DNA from: an uncultured Gemmatimonadaceae bacterium
GTDB taxonomy: Bacteria; Gemmatimonadota; Gemmatimonadetes; Gemmatimonadales; GWC2-71-9
Direction of reading: 5' to 3'
NCBI GenBank assembly: GCA_964557115.1
Contig: CAZKYO010000006.1
Span: 3,810-67,809, forward strand
DNA length: 64,000 bases
The first letter of the stretch is position 1; each line of letters starts with the position of its first letter. Under the pieces are notes generated by a model. The model ran no database searches. It was not told the DNA's origin and was given only the letters and a program-made list of their open reading frames with translations. Both the position numbers and the translations under genes were made by a program. Positions 38,011 through 47,857 of this stretch are shown here, piece by piece.

Positions 38011-38101
38011 GCGAGGCGATCCCGGGCGGTTTGTTCGCCCCCCGCAGCACGGCCGGGGCCCGCGCTCACCCCAGGACGGGGAACCGCCGGGATCGCCTCG
38101 C
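38011..38101 (-). repeat. Hairpin element A2 (same family, opposite orientation)
   Basis: Perfect 15-bp arms GCGAGGCGATCCCGG / CCGGGATCGCCTCGC. On the reverse strand the interior reads TCCC-CGTCC...GGGCG-AACAA. Confidence 0.85.
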
Positions 38102-38177
38102 ACGGACCGGCGTCACGCCGTCATTGGCCAGCGGTGCCGCACCACTCAGGCCGTTGTCCCGGTTAAGTTTCCGGGCT

Positions 38178-40781
38178 ATGAACGCCGCCCAGATCCGCCG
38201 CCGGTTCCTCGATTTCTTCGTGGCCCGGGGCCACGCCGAAGTCCCCTCCTCGTCCCTGGCCCCCAAGGACGATCCGACCCTGCTGTTCACCAACGCGGGG
38301 ATGGTCCAGTTCAAGCGCACCTTCCTCGGCCAGGACCCGCGCGCCTACCGACGGGCGGTGACCTGCCAGAAGTGCGTCCGGGCCGGCGGCAAGCACAACG
38401 ACCTCGAGCAGGTGGGCGTCACGCGGCGCCACCACACCTTCTTCGAGATGCTCGGCAACTTCTCCTTCGGCGACTACTTCAAGCGGGATGCGATCGCCTT
38501 CGCGTGGGAGTTCGTCACCGGTGCCGAGTGGCTCGCGATCCCGGCCGACCGGCTCCGCGTCACGGTGCATCACACCGACGACGAGGCGCGCCGGCTGTGG
38601 CACGAGGTGACCGGGTTGCCGATGGAGCGCATCTACGGCCTGGGCGACGCCGACAACTTCTGGCAGATGGGCGACACCGGCCCCTGCGGGCCGTGCTCCG
38701 AGATCTACGTCGACCTCGAGTGGACGCCCGGCACCGCGCCGGCGGCGATCGACACCGCGACGTTCGAGCGACTCGCGGAGGCCGGCCGCTTCCTCGAGAT
38801 CTGGAACCTCGTCTTCATGCAGTTCGACCGCTCGGCCGACGGCACGCTCACGCCGCTGCCGAAGCCGAGCGTGGACACCGGCGCCGGCCTGGAGCGGATC
38901 GCGGCGGTGCTCCAGGGGCAGGACGACAACTTCCACACCGACCTCTTCCGTCCCCTGATCGCCGACGTGGAGCGTCTGGTCGGCGCGCCCTATCCCGGCG
39001 GGCCGCAGGGCACCGGCGTGTCCTACCGGGTGCTGGCGGACCACGCGCGCGCGGTGAGCTTCCTGCTGCTCGACGGCATCTATCCGAGCAACGAGGGGCG
39101 CGGCTTCGTGCTGCGGCGGATCCTCCGCCGGGCCGTGCGCCACGCCTGGCTGCTCGGCCGCCGCGAACCGACGCTCGCCCTGATGGTGCCGACCGTCGTC
39201 GCGCTGATGGGCGACGCCTACCCGGGACTGCGGGACAAGCAGGAGACGATCATCACCTGGGTGCGGCAGGAGGAGGAGAACTTCCTGCGCACGATCGAGG
39301 CGGGCCTCGATCGCCTCGACCAGCTCTTCGCGAGCGGCGTGCGCGAGATCGGCGGCACCGAGGCCTTCACGCTCTACGACACCTTCGGCTTCCCGATCGA
39401 CCTGACGCAGCTGATCGCGGCGGAGAAGGGCGTGGCGGTGGACCTCGCCGGGTTCGAGGTCGCCCTGGACGAGCAGCGCGAGCGGAGCCGCGCGGCCCGC
39501 GCCGGAGGCGACGCGGTCGCGTCGGGTGGCCCGGTGATCTCGGTGGGAGGCGGCGCGGCGTCGCGCTTCGTCGGCTATGATCGCGTCGAAGCCGAGACCG
39601 AGGTCCTCGCCCGTGCCGGCGACGGGGAGCACCAGGTCCTCGTCCTCGCCGAGTCGCCCTTCTACGCGACCAGCGGCGGCCAGGTCGCCGACACCGGCGT
39701 GGTGGAGGGCGACGGCTGGCGCTTCACCGTCACCGACGTCCAGAAGGACGCCGAGCTGGGGCAGCGCCTGCTGGGCACCCTCGAGGGCGCCTACGCTCCC
39801 GGCCCGGTGCGCGCCGCGGTCGACGCCGCGCGTCGCCGCGACATCGAGCGCAACCATTCGGCGACGCACCTCGTGCACATGGTGCTGCGCCGTCGCCTCG
39901 GCGACCACGTGCGGCAGCAGGGCTCGCTGGTCGAGCCCGGCCGGATGCGCTTCGACTTCTCGCACCACGGCCCCATCGACCCGGCGCAGCTCGCCGAGCT
40001 GGAGGCGGAGGTCAACGAGCTGGTGCTCGACAACGCCGCCGTGGACATCCGCGAGATGCCGTATCCGGACGCGCTGGCGCTGGGCGCGATGGCGTTCTTC
40101 GCCGACAAGTACGGCGACGTGGTGCGGGTAGTGCGGATCGGCGACTCGATCGAGCTCTGCGGCGGCACCCACGTGCGCAGCGCGGGGCAGGTGGGGCTCT
40201 TCCGCTTCGCGTCGCAGGGCGGCGTGGCGGCCGGCGTGCGGCGGATCGAAGCGCTCACGGGGCACGGGGCGTACGCCGGCGTGCGGGAGCTCGACCATCG
40301 CATCGCGACGATCGCCGGCACGCTGCGCGCGCAGCCCGACCAGGTCGAGCGCAAGCTCGAGGGGCTGCTCGCCGAGCGCGAGAAGCTGGCGGCCAAGCTC
40401 GACCAGGTGGCGAAGTCGGGCGTGCAGGCCGACGAGCGCCGGTTCGAGGCGGGACCGGTGACGCTCTACGTCGCGCCGACGGTCTCCGAGGACCGCGGCC
40501 AGCTCGGCGAGCTCGCCGACCAGTTCCGGAGCGACAAGGGCAGCGGCAGCGTCCTCGCGCTGGTCAATCCGACCGCGCCGCAGGCGATCTCGGTGGCGGT
40601 CACCGACGACCTCGTGGCGCGCGGGAAGGACGCGAATGCCCTGATGAAGCTGCTCGCCGAGCGTTACGCGGGCCGGGGTGGCGGCCGGAAGACCTTCGCC
40701 TCCGGCTCGCTCGGCACCGAGGCGGAGCGCGTGGCGGTGGAGGAACTCCCCGGGATGCTCCGGGAGTGGATCGCGGGATGA
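38178..40781 (+). CDS. alaS: Alanine--tRNA ligase
   Basis: MNAAQIRRRFLDFFVARGH, FTNAGM, GNFSFGDYFK, editing-domain HxxxH and CGGTH motifs. Start set to ATG 38178. Confidence 0.97.
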   Translation: MNAAQIRRRFLDFFVARGHAEVPSSSLAPKDDPTLLFTNAGMVQFKRTFLGQDPRAYRRAVTCQKCVRAGGKHNDLEQVGVTRRHHTFFEMLGNFSFGDYFKRDAIAFAWEFVTGAEWLAIPADRLRVTVHHTDDEARRLWHEVTGLPMERIYGLGDADNFWQMGDTGPCGPCSEIYVDLEWTPGTAPAAIDTATFERLAEAGRFLEIWNLVFMQFDRSADGTLTPLPKPSVDTGAGLERIAAVLQGQDDNFHTDLFRPLIADVERLVGAPYPGGPQGTGVSYRVLADHARAVSFLLLDGIYPSNEGRGFVLRRILRRAVRHAWLLGRREPTLALMVPTVVALMGDAYPGLRDKQETIITWVRQEEENFLRTIEAGLDRLDQLFASGVREIGGTEAFTLYDTFGFPIDLTQLIAAEKGVAVDLAGFEVALDEQRERSRAARAGGDAVASGGPVISVGGGAASRFVGYDRVEAETEVLARAGDGEHQVLVLAESPFYATSGGQVADTGVVEGDGWRFTVTDVQKDAELGQRLLGTLEGAYAPGPVRAAVDAARRRDIERNHSATHLVHMVLRRRLGDHVRQQGSLVEPGRMRFDFSHHGPIDPAQLAELEAEVNELVLDNAAVDIREMPYPDALALGAMAFFADKYGDVVRVVRIGDSIELCGGTHVRSAGQVGLFRFASQGGVAAGVRRIEALTGHGAYAGVRELDHRIATIAGTLRAQPDQVERKLEGLLAEREKLAAKLDQVAKSGVQADERRFEAGPVTLYVAPTVSEDRGQLGELADQFRSDKGSGSVLALVNPTAPQAISVAVTDDLVARGKDANALMKLLAERYAGRGGGRKTFASGSLGTEAERVAVEELPGMLREWIAG

Positions 40782-41083
40782 ACCCCCTGGTGGCCTGGTT
40801 CGCCGAGCGCACGGCCGGCGCCCCGCCCGTGCTCGCCGAGCGGGCGCGCTCCTTCCTGGAGCTCACGCTCGATGCCTACGCCGCCGCCGACCGGCTGACC
40901 GACGCCGGGACCACCGCGCTGCGCGCGGCGGAGGGCCGCGGGAGCAGCCGCGCGGCCGCCCTTGACCTGCTCGCGGCCGACGCGCTGATCACGCTCGCGC
41001 TGCTGGACGTGACCGAGCGCGCCCCGGAGGAGCTTGCCGCCGAGGCGGCACGCCTCCGGCGCCGCGCGGCGGGGGGCGGATGA
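40778..41083 (+). CDS. Small Ala/Leu/Arg-rich helical hypothetical protein
   Basis: ATGA overlaps with both alaS and the downstream phosphatase gene. No motif recognised. Coding status rests only on the coupling and the open frame. Confidence 0.4.
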   Translation: MNPLVAWFAERTAGAPPVLAERARSFLELTLDAYAAADRLTDAGTTALRAAEGRGSSRAAALDLLAADALITLALLDVTERAPEELAAEAARLRRRAAGGG

Positions 41084-41841
41084 TCGACCTCCATTCGCAC
41101 CTGTTGCCCGGGGTGGACGATGGGTCCCGGACCGTGGCCCAGTCGGTGGAGGTTCTGCAGGCCTTCATGCGCGACGGGATCACCGACGTCGCGGCGACGC
41201 CCCACCTGCTCGCCTCGAAGCTCGGCGACGGGGTGCCGGTGGCGCACGAGATGGCATGGCAGCAGCTGGCACCGCACGTCCCGGCGGGGATCACGGTGCA
41301 CCGCGGGGCCGAGGTGATGCTCGACCGGCCGCTCGGTCCCCAGGCGTCGCCGCGCGCGGTCACGATTGGTGGCACGCGGTACCTGCTGGTCGAGTTCACC
41401 AGGATGGTCGCGACCGAGGCCGTCTCGCGGGCGCTGGCCGACGTCATCCAGCACGGGTTGGTCCCGGTGCTCGCGCACCCGGAGCGCTACGCGTGCTGCA
41501 CGGTCGAGGCCGTCCGGGCCTGGCGGAGCCTCGGCACGATCATGCAGGTGGACGCGACGACGATCACCATGCGGAGCCGGCGCGGCGACCGGGCGCGCGA
41601 CCTGCTCCGCGCCGGCCTGGCCGACATCCTCGCCGGCGACAACCACGGCGACGGCCGGTCGCTCGCCACCGCGCTGGCGTGGCTCGAGGAGCGCGAGGGG
41701 TCCGACCAGGCGGTGGCACTGCTCGAGCTCAACCCGCGCGCGATCCTCGAGGATCGTGCCCTCTACGAGGTGGATCCCCTGCCGCTGCGTGACTCGCTCT
41801 GGGGCCGGATGCGCCGGCTCTTTCCCGACGATGAGCTCTGA
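41080..41841 (+). CDS. PHP-family protein-tyrosine phosphatase (CpsB/YwqE-like)
   Basis: MIDLHSHLLPGVDDGS N-terminal metal motif, later HP.RY and GDNHGD histidine motifs. 253 aa. Confidence 0.75.
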   Translation: MIDLHSHLLPGVDDGSRTVAQSVEVLQAFMRDGITDVAATPHLLASKLGDGVPVAHEMAWQQLAPHVPAGITVHRGAEVMLDRPLGPQASPRAVTIGGTRYLLVEFTRMVATEAVSRALADVIQHGLVPVLAHPERYACCTVEAVRAWRSLGTIMQVDATTITMRSRRGDRARDLLRAGLADILAGDNHGDGRSLATALAWLEEREGSDQAVALLELNPRAILEDRALYEVDPLPLRDSLWGRMRRLFPDDEL

Positions 41842-42409
41842 CGCCGCGGGCATCGGCGCCGGCCTGGCGTCCCTCGCGCGCCTGGCCACGGCGACCGCGG
41901 CGCGCGCGGCCGAACTCGAGCCGATCGTCGCCGCGATGCGCGGCTGCCTCGCCGGGGGCGGCACGCTCTTCTTCGCGGGGAACGGCGGCTCCGCCGCCGA
42001 CGCGCAGCACCTGGCCACCGAGTACGTGGTGCGGTACCGGCCCGGTGGGCAACGGGCGCTGCGCGCCGTGGCGCTCACGACCGACACCTCCACGCTCACG
42101 GCGGCCGGCAACGACTTCGGGTTCGCGCAGGTCTTCGCACGACAGGTCGAGGCCCTCGCCCGTCCCGGCGACGTCCTGGTGGTCCACAGCACGTCGGGCG
42201 ACAGCGCCAACCTGGTCGCCGCCGTGGAGGCGGCGCGCGAACTCGAGGTGACGACCGTCGCGCTGCTGGGCGGCAGCGGCGGCGCGCTGCGATCGCTGGT
42301 GGACCATGCGTTCGTGGTCGAGGACGACCGCACCAACCACGTGCAGGAGCTCCACCTCGCCATCCAGCACCAGATCGCGGCGCTCCTCACCGCGGAACTC
42401 GGCGGATGA
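41831..42409 (+). CDS. gmhA: SIS-domain phosphoheptose isomerase (GmhA/DiaA family)
   Basis: FFAGNGGSAADAQHLATE and VHSTSGDSANL motifs. Start at ATG 41831 overlaps the phosphatase gene by 11 nt. Confidence 0.7.
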   Translation: MSSDAAGIGAGLASLARLATATAARAAELEPIVAAMRGCLAGGGTLFFAGNGGSAADAQHLATEYVVRYRPGGQRALRAVALTTDTSTLTAAGNDFGFAQVFARQVEALARPGDVLVVHSTSGDSANLVAAVEAARELEVTTVALLGGSGGALRSLVDHAFVVEDDRTNHVQELHLAIQHQIAALLTAELGG

Positions 42410-43158
42410 TCTCGCTGGCCGGGCGCCGGATCCTGGTCACCGGGGGATCGCGCGGCATCGGCCGGGCGACGGCGCTGATGGCGGCCCGCGCGGGCGCCGA
42501 CGTCGGGATCTGCTATCGCACCCGCCGCACCGACGCCGAGCAGGTGGCGCGTGAGGTGCGCGCGATGGGGCGTCGCGCCTACGTGGGCGGCGGCGAACTT
42601 GGCGACGCCGAGCGCGTGGCCCAGCTGCTGAGCGAGGTGCACGCGGCGTTCGGGGCGCTCGACGGCGTCGTGATCAACCACGGCGTGTGGCCGCCCGTCG
42701 AGACCCCGCTCGCGCGGATGGCGCCCGAGCGCTGGCGACAGACGATGCGCGCGAACCTCGACAGCACCTTCCTCGTGGCGCGCGCGGCCCTCGGCCTCCT
42801 CGGTCCCGGTGGGCGGGTGGTCATGGTGTCGAGCACCGCCGGCCAGCGCGGCGAGGCGTTCCACGCCGACTACGCGGCGAGCAAGGGCGCGATGATCGCG
42901 CTGGTGAAGTCGCTCGCCGTCGAGTGCGCCCCGGCGGTCACGGTCAATGCGGTGGCGCCCGGTTGGGTGGACACCGAGATGGTCGCGAGCGCCACCGCGG
43001 GGGAAGGGCGGACCGGCATCGCGGCGACGATCCCCGTCGGACGCCTCGCCACCGCCGACGACATCGCCGGGCCGATCGTGTTCCTGCTCTCGGACCTCGC
43101 GCGCCACGTCACCGGCGAGGTCCTCAACGTCAACGGCGGCAGCGTGCTGTGCGGCTGA
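42406..43158 (+). CDS. Short-chain dehydrogenase/reductase (FabG-like)
   Basis: VTGGSRGIGRATA cofactor motif and catalytic YAASKGA. ATGA overlap with the upstream gene. Confidence 0.85.
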   Translation: MISLAGRRILVTGGSRGIGRATALMAARAGADVGICYRTRRTDAEQVAREVRAMGRRAYVGGGELGDAERVAQLLSEVHAAFGALDGVVINHGVWPPVETPLARMAPERWRQTMRANLDSTFLVARAALGLLGPGGRVVMVSSTAGQRGEAFHADYAASKGAMIALVKSLAVECAPAVTVNAVAPGWVDTEMVASATAGEGRTGIAATIPVGRLATADDIAGPIVFLLSDLARHVTGEVLNVNGGSVLCG

Positions 43159-43190
43159 TCCGCCATCCGTTCCGTCCCCAGGAGGTTTCC

Positions 43191-43895
43191 GTGCCCGTTC
43201 GCCACGCGTCCCCCGTGCTCGCCCTCGCGCTCCTGCTGGCGACGGCCCCCGCGGCCCGCGCCCAGGACGCCAACACCCTCACCGCGGCCGAGCGGCAGGC
43301 CGGCTGGATGCTGCTCTTCAACGGGAACTCCACCTCGGCGTGGCGCGGCTACAAGGCCGACACGATGCCGACCGGGTGGCGGGTCGCCGGCGGGATGCTG
43401 ACCAAGTCCGGGAGCGCCGACGACATCGTGACGCGCGGGACGTGGGGCGACTTCGAGCTCGAGCTCGACTGGCGCATCGCGCAGGGCGGCAACGCCGGGA
43501 TCTTCTACCGCGGCACCGAGGAGTATCCCAAGATCTACTGGACGGCGCCGGAGTATCAGCTCCTCGACGATCCGAACCACCCCGACGGCCGCAACCGCCT
43601 GACGTCGGCCGGCGCCGCGTACGGGCTGTATCCCTCGCCCGCGGGCGTCGTGAAGCCGGCCGGCGAGTGGAACCACACCCGCATCGTGGTGCGGGGCAAC
43701 CACGTGGAGCACTGGCTGAACGGCACCAAGCTGCTCGAGTACACGCTGAAGAGCCCCGACTGGACCGCCAAGGTCGCCAAGAGCAAGTTCACCGAGTGGC
43801 CGCACTACGGGCTCGCCCGGCGGGGCCTGATCGCGATCCAGGGCGACCACGACGGCGAGCTGTCGCTCCGAAACATCAGGATCCGGCCGCACTGA
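43191..43895 (+). CDS. Secreted DUF1080 (3-keto-disaccharide-hydrolase-like) domain protein
   Basis: GGAGG 5 nt before GTG 43191. Signal peptide. W..F.G.....WR, DFEL..DWR....GNAGIFYR, ...IQGDH... family pattern. Confidence 0.7.
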   Translation: MPVRHASPVLALALLLATAPAARAQDANTLTAAERQAGWMLLFNGNSTSAWRGYKADTMPTGWRVAGGMLTKSGSADDIVTRGTWGDFELELDWRIAQGGNAGIFYRGTEEYPKIYWTAPEYQLLDDPNHPDGRNRLTSAGAAYGLYPSPAGVVKPAGEWNHTRIVVRGNHVEHWLNGTKLLEYTLKSPDWTAKVAKSKFTEWPHYGLARRGLIAIQGDHDGELSLRNIRIRPH

Positions 43896-43902
43896 CGCGC
43901 GA

Positions 43903-45111
43903 GTGCCGCCGATGTCCCACGCGCCGACTCCCGCCCCGGTGATCGCGATCCCGGCCCCGGTGCTCCGGATCCTGGAGCGCCTCGAGGCCGCCGGGCACGA
44001 GACGTGGTGCGTGGGTGGCGCGATCCGTGACGCGCTGCTCGGCGATCCGCAGCAGGATGTCGACCTGGCCACGGCGGCGCTGCCGGCCGACGTGCGGCGC
44101 CTGTTCCCGCGCACCGTCCCGGTGGGGCTGGAACACGGCACCGTCGGCGTCCTGGACGAGGACGGCGTGCTGCACGAGGTCACCACCTTCCGGCGCGACG
44201 TGCGCACCGACGGGCGCCACGCCGAGGTGGAGTTCGGCGTGTCGCTCGACGACGACCTCGGCCGGCGGGACTTCACCATCAACGCCATTGCGTGGCACCC
44301 GGTGCGGGGATGGCGCGACCCCCATGGTGGTCGCGAGGACATCGCCGCGCGGATGGTGCGGGCGGTCGGCGATCCGGCGGCGCGGTTCCGGGAGGACCGT
44401 CTGCGGATCCTCCGGGCGCTGCGCTTCGCGGCACGCTTCGGCTTCGCGATCGCCCCGGCCACCTGGGAAGCGGCGCGCGCCCAGGCCGGCGACACGCGTG
44501 ACCTGTCGGCCGAGCGCGTGCGCGAGGAGTGGTGGAAGGGCGTGCGCTCGGCGCGCGATCCGCGCGCACTCGTCACGCTCTGGCGCGACGCCGGGGTGGC
44601 CGCCGCGTGGTTCGCCGAGAGCGAGGTCCGGTGCGATCCGCTCCCCGACCTCGATCCCGCCATCGCGCGCGATCCGGTGCTGCTGCTCGCGGCGTGGCGC
44701 ACGCCGGTGGCGCCGTTGCTCCGGCGCCTCAAGGCGAGCGGCGCCGACATCGGCCGGGCCCGTGGGATCGACCGCGGCCCCGCGGAGCCTGTCGACCCGA
44801 CGCCGGTGGCGGTGCGCCAGTGGATGGCGGCGGTGGGGAGCGTCGCCGCGGCTCGAGCCCCCCACGCGGCGATCGGCGGCGGGCGCGAGCCCGCGTGGGT
44901 GGCCACCTGGCGCGAGGTGCGCGCGCGCGGCGACGCGACGTCCCGGGCGGAGCTCGCGATCGGCGGCGACGAGCTGGTCGCGGCGGGGATCGCCGAACCG
45001 GGGCCCGCCCTGGGCCGGCTGCTCGATCGCCTGCTCGACGCCGTCCTGCGCGACCCGGAGCTCAACGCGCACGATCGCCTGCTGGCGCTGGCCCGCGAGG
45101 CCCCGCCATGA
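43903..45111 (+). CDS. cca: tRNA nucleotidyltransferase (CCA-adding) / poly(A) polymerase family
   Basis: [10 protein letters not shown]...DVDLAT head-domain motif and RDFTINA motif. Confidence 0.8.
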   Translation: MPPMSHAPTPAPVIAIPAPVLRILERLEAAGHETWCVGGAIRDALLGDPQQDVDLATAALPADVRRLFPRTVPVGLEHGTVGVLDEDGVLHEVTTFRRDVRTDGRHAEVEFGVSLDDDLGRRDFTINAIAWHPVRGWRDPHGGREDIAARMVRAVGDPAARFREDRLRILRALRFAARFGFAIAPATWEAARAQAGDTRDLSAERVREEWWKGVRSARDPRALVTLWRDAGVAAAWFAESEVRCDPLPDLDPAIARDPVLLLAAWRTPVAPLLRRLKASGADIGRARGIDRGPAEPVDPTPVAVRQWMAAVGSVAAARAPHAAIGGGREPAWVATWREVRARGDATSRAELAIGGDELVAAGIAEPGPALGRLLDRLLDAVLRDPELNAHDRLLALAREAPP

Positions 45112-46424
45112 GCGAACCGGGGCTCTTCGCTCCTGCCGAGCCGCTCGCGGCGCGGATGCGACCGCGCACCCTGGCCGAATTCGTCGGGCAGGACCAGATG
45201 CTCGCGCCCGGCAAGCCGCTCGGCGACGCGATCCGCCGGGGCGACGTGGGCAGCAGCATCTTCTGGGGCCCCCCCGGTTCGGGAAAGACGACGCTCGCCC
45301 GGCTCATCGCGACGACCTCCGATCGCCACTTCGTGCCGTTCTCGGCGGTGAGCGACGGCGTCGCGAAGGTGCGCGAGATCATCGCCGAGGCGGAGAAGCG
45401 CCTGGCCCTCGGCCGCGGCACGATCCTGTTCGTGGACGAGATCCACCGCTTCAATCGCGGCCAGCAGGATGCCTTCCTGCCGGCCGTCGAGCGCGGGGTC
45501 GTCACGCTGATCGGGGCCACCACCGAGAACCCGTCGTTCGAGCTCAACGCCGCGCTGCTCTCGCGCGCCCGGGTCTGGGTGCTCGAGCTGCTGCGGCCCG
45601 CAGACCTCGCGCAGGTGATCGACCGTGCACTCGCGAGCGAGCGCGGTCTCGCCGGGACGGTCACGATCACGGCGGAGGCCCGGGAGCGGCTGGCGACCGT
45701 GGCCGACGGCGACGCGCGCCGCGCGCTGACCGTGCTCGAGGCGGCGGCGAGCCACGTCGGCCCCGGTGGCGAGATCACCGAGGAGGTGGTGACCGCGACG
45801 CTGGCGCGGCGGGTGCCGCCGTTCGACAAGAGCGGCGAGCAGCACTATGACCTCGTGTCGGCGCTGCACAAGGCGGTGCGCGGCAGCGACCCGCAGGGCG
45901 CGCTGTACTGGTTGGCGCGCATCCTCGGTGGCGGCGAGGACCCGCTCTACGTCGCGCGCCGGTTGGTTCGGATGGCCAGCGAGGACATCGGCCTCGCGGA
46001 TCCCGCCGCGCTCGCCCACACGATCGCGGCCCGCGACGCCTACCACTTCCTCGGCTCGCCCGAGGGCGAGCTGGCGCTGGCCGAGGCCACGGTCTACCTC
46101 GCGACGGCGCCGAAGTCGAATCGCGCCTACGCCGCCTGGGGGGCGGCCCAGGCCGCCGCCGCCGACACCCCGGCGGCGCCAGTGCCGCTGCACCTCAGGA
46201 ACGCCCCGACACGGCTGATGAAGGATCTCGGCTACGGGGCCGGATACCGCTACGCGTTCGAGGACCCCGCGGCGTACGTCGCCCAGGAGTACCTGCCAGA
46301 CGAATTGCGGGGCACTGCCTTCTACGAGCCGGGGGAGTTCGGGCACGAGCGACGGATCGCCGAGCGGATGGCCTGGTGGCGGAAGCGGACCGGCGAACAG
46401 GCCGTGCCGCCCGACGAGGGCTAG
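45108..46424 (+). CDS. rarA: Replication-associated recombination protein A (AAA+ RarA/MgsA)
   Basis: [13 protein letters not shown], Walker [20 protein letters not shown]-terminal MgsA domain ([16 protein letters not shown]). ATGA overlap with cca. Confidence 0.9.
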   Translation: MSEPGLFAPAEPLAARMRPRTLAEFVGQDQMLAPGKPLGDAIRRGDVGSSIFWGPPGSGKTTLARLIATTSDRHFVPFSAVSDGVAKVREIIAEAEKRLALGRGTILFVDEIHRFNRGQQDAFLPAVERGVVTLIGATTENPSFELNAALLSRARVWVLELLRPADLAQVIDRALASERGLAGTVTITAEARERLATVADGDARRALTVLEAAASHVGPGGEITEEVVTATLARRVPPFDKSGEQHYDLVSALHKAVRGSDPQGALYWLARILGGGEDPLYVARRLVRMASEDIGLADPAALAHTIAARDAYHFLGSPEGELALAEATVYLATAPKSNRAYAAWGAAQAAAADTPAAPVPLHLRNAPTRLMKDLGYGAGYRYAFEDPAAYVAQEYLPDELRGTAFYEPGEFGHERRIAERMAWWRKRTGEQAVPPDEG

Positions 46425-46432
46425 ATTCCGGC

Positions 46433-46480
46433 TCGCTTACTCGCTTACTCGCTTACTCGCTTACTCGCTTACTCGCTTAC
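46433..46480. repeat. Perfect tandem repeat, TCGCTTAC x 6
   Basis: Six contiguous identical 8-mers, starting 9 nt after the rarA stop and ending 26 nt before the hflX start. No inverted partner nearby. Confidence 0.95.
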
Positions 46481-46506
46481 GCACGGTCGAGGTCCCCATC
46501 CGGCAG

Positions 46507-47811
46507 TTGATCGAAGTCGCCCCACCCGCCGAGCGGGTCATCCTGGTGGCCGCCCCGCGCAAGGGCACGCCCGACGCGGCCAAGATGGCCGACCACCTCG
46601 AGGAGCTCGGATCGCTGGTCGACACCGCCGGGGCACAGGTGGTCGGGACCCTGACGCAGCAGGTCGCCTCGGCCAACTCCGCGACGCTGATCGGCGAGGG
46701 GAAGGTCGAGGAACTCGCCCACCTGATCCACGAGAAGCGCGCCACGCTCGTCGTGTTCGACGAGGAGCTCTCGCCCGCCCAGGGCCAGGTGCTGGAGGAG
46801 CAGCTCGGCACCCGCGTGATGGATCGCGCCGAGGTGATCCTCGACATCTTCGCGACCCGGGCGCGGAGCCACGAGGCGAAGCTGCAGGTGGAGCTGGCGC
46901 AGTTGCAGTATCTGCTGCCGCGGCTGACCCGGATGTGGACCCACCTCTCGCGCACGCGCGGCGGCATCGGCCTGCGCGGCCCGGGCGAGACCCAGCTCGA
47001 GACCGACCGGCGGATGATCCGCCAGAAGATCGCGCTGCTCACCGACAAGTTGCGCGACGTGGCGCGGCATCGCGAGACGATCCGCTCCGGACGCGCCGGG
47101 ATGCTCACCGCCGCGCTGGTCGGCTACACCAATGCGGGGAAGTCGAGCATCCTGCGGGCCGTCTCGGGCGAGCACGAGATCTTCGTCGAGGACCGGCTCT
47201 TCGCGACGCTCGACACGCTGACGCGCGAGGTGGATCTCGGCGAGAACCTCCGCGTCCGGCTGGTGGACACCGTCGGGTTCATCCGCAAGCTGCCGCACCA
47301 CCTGGTCGCCTCGTTCCGCGCCACGCTGGAGGAGGCCGGCCGAGCCGACGTGCTCCTCCACGTGGTCGACGGCTCCCACCACGAGTGGGAAGACCACATG
47401 ACGACGGTGGACGAGGTGCTGGTCGAGCTCGGATTCGCCGACCGGCCCCAGCTGGTCGTCTTCAACAAGCTCGACGCCCTGCCCGACCCCTCGGGATTCG
47501 CGATGCGCGCCCGCGCCCTCTGGCCCGACGCGATCTTCACGAGCACGATGCGAACCGACGGCCTGGCCCCGCTCAAGGCGGCGCTGCGGGGGCGGGCCGA
47601 GGCGCTGCGGCCGGTGGTACGGGTCCTGCTGGATCCTTCGGACGGCAAGCGGCTGGGGCAGCTGCACCGGCACGGCGACGTGATCGGTCAGGCCCTCGAG
47701 GAGAACCGGCTCGCCGTGGAGGTCCGGCTCGAGCCCTGGCGCGCCGAGCAGCTCCGGCGCGAGGGGATCCGGGTGGAACCCGACGGCAACGAGCCGGGGG
47801 ACGCGGAGTAG
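46507..47811 (+). CDS. hflX: GTPase HflX
   Basis: HflX N-domain ([27 protein letters not shown]), G1 [10 protein letters not shown]3 DTVGF, G4 NKLD. TTG start as given by the track. Confidence 0.9.
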   Translation: MIEVAPPAERVILVAAPRKGTPDAAKMADHLEELGSLVDTAGAQVVGTLTQQVASANSATLIGEGKVEELAHLIHEKRATLVVFDEELSPAQGQVLEEQLGTRVMDRAEVILDIFATRARSHEAKLQVELAQLQYLLPRLTRMWTHLSRTRGGIGLRGPGETQLETDRRMIRQKIALLTDKLRDVARHRETIRSGRAGMLTAALVGYTNAGKSSILRAVSGEHEIFVEDRLFATLDTLTREVDLGENLRVRLVDTVGFIRKLPHHLVASFRATLEEAGRADVLLHVVDGSHHEWEDHMTTVDEVLVELGFADRPQLVVFNKLDALPDPSGFAMRARALWPDAIFTSTMRTDGLAPLKAALRGRAEALRPVVRVLLDPSDGKRLGQLHRHGDVIGQALEENRLAVEVRLEPWRAEQLRREGIRVEPDGNEPGDAE

Positions 47812-47857
47812 GGGAGGCTCCCGGGGCGGGCGACCGGGTGGTCCGGAACTCAGGGAG

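Noticed and set aside
38102-38177. T-box or other known leader in front of alaS
   Set aside because: I could not find a T-box consensus, a specifier-loop arrangement or a terminator/antiterminator pair. The upstream structure is explained by the A1/A2 hairpin family, which also occurs at an unrelated gene.
46433-46480. CRISPR array
   Set aside because: The units are only 8 nt and contiguous, with no spacers, and there are no cas genes. This is a simple tandem repeat.
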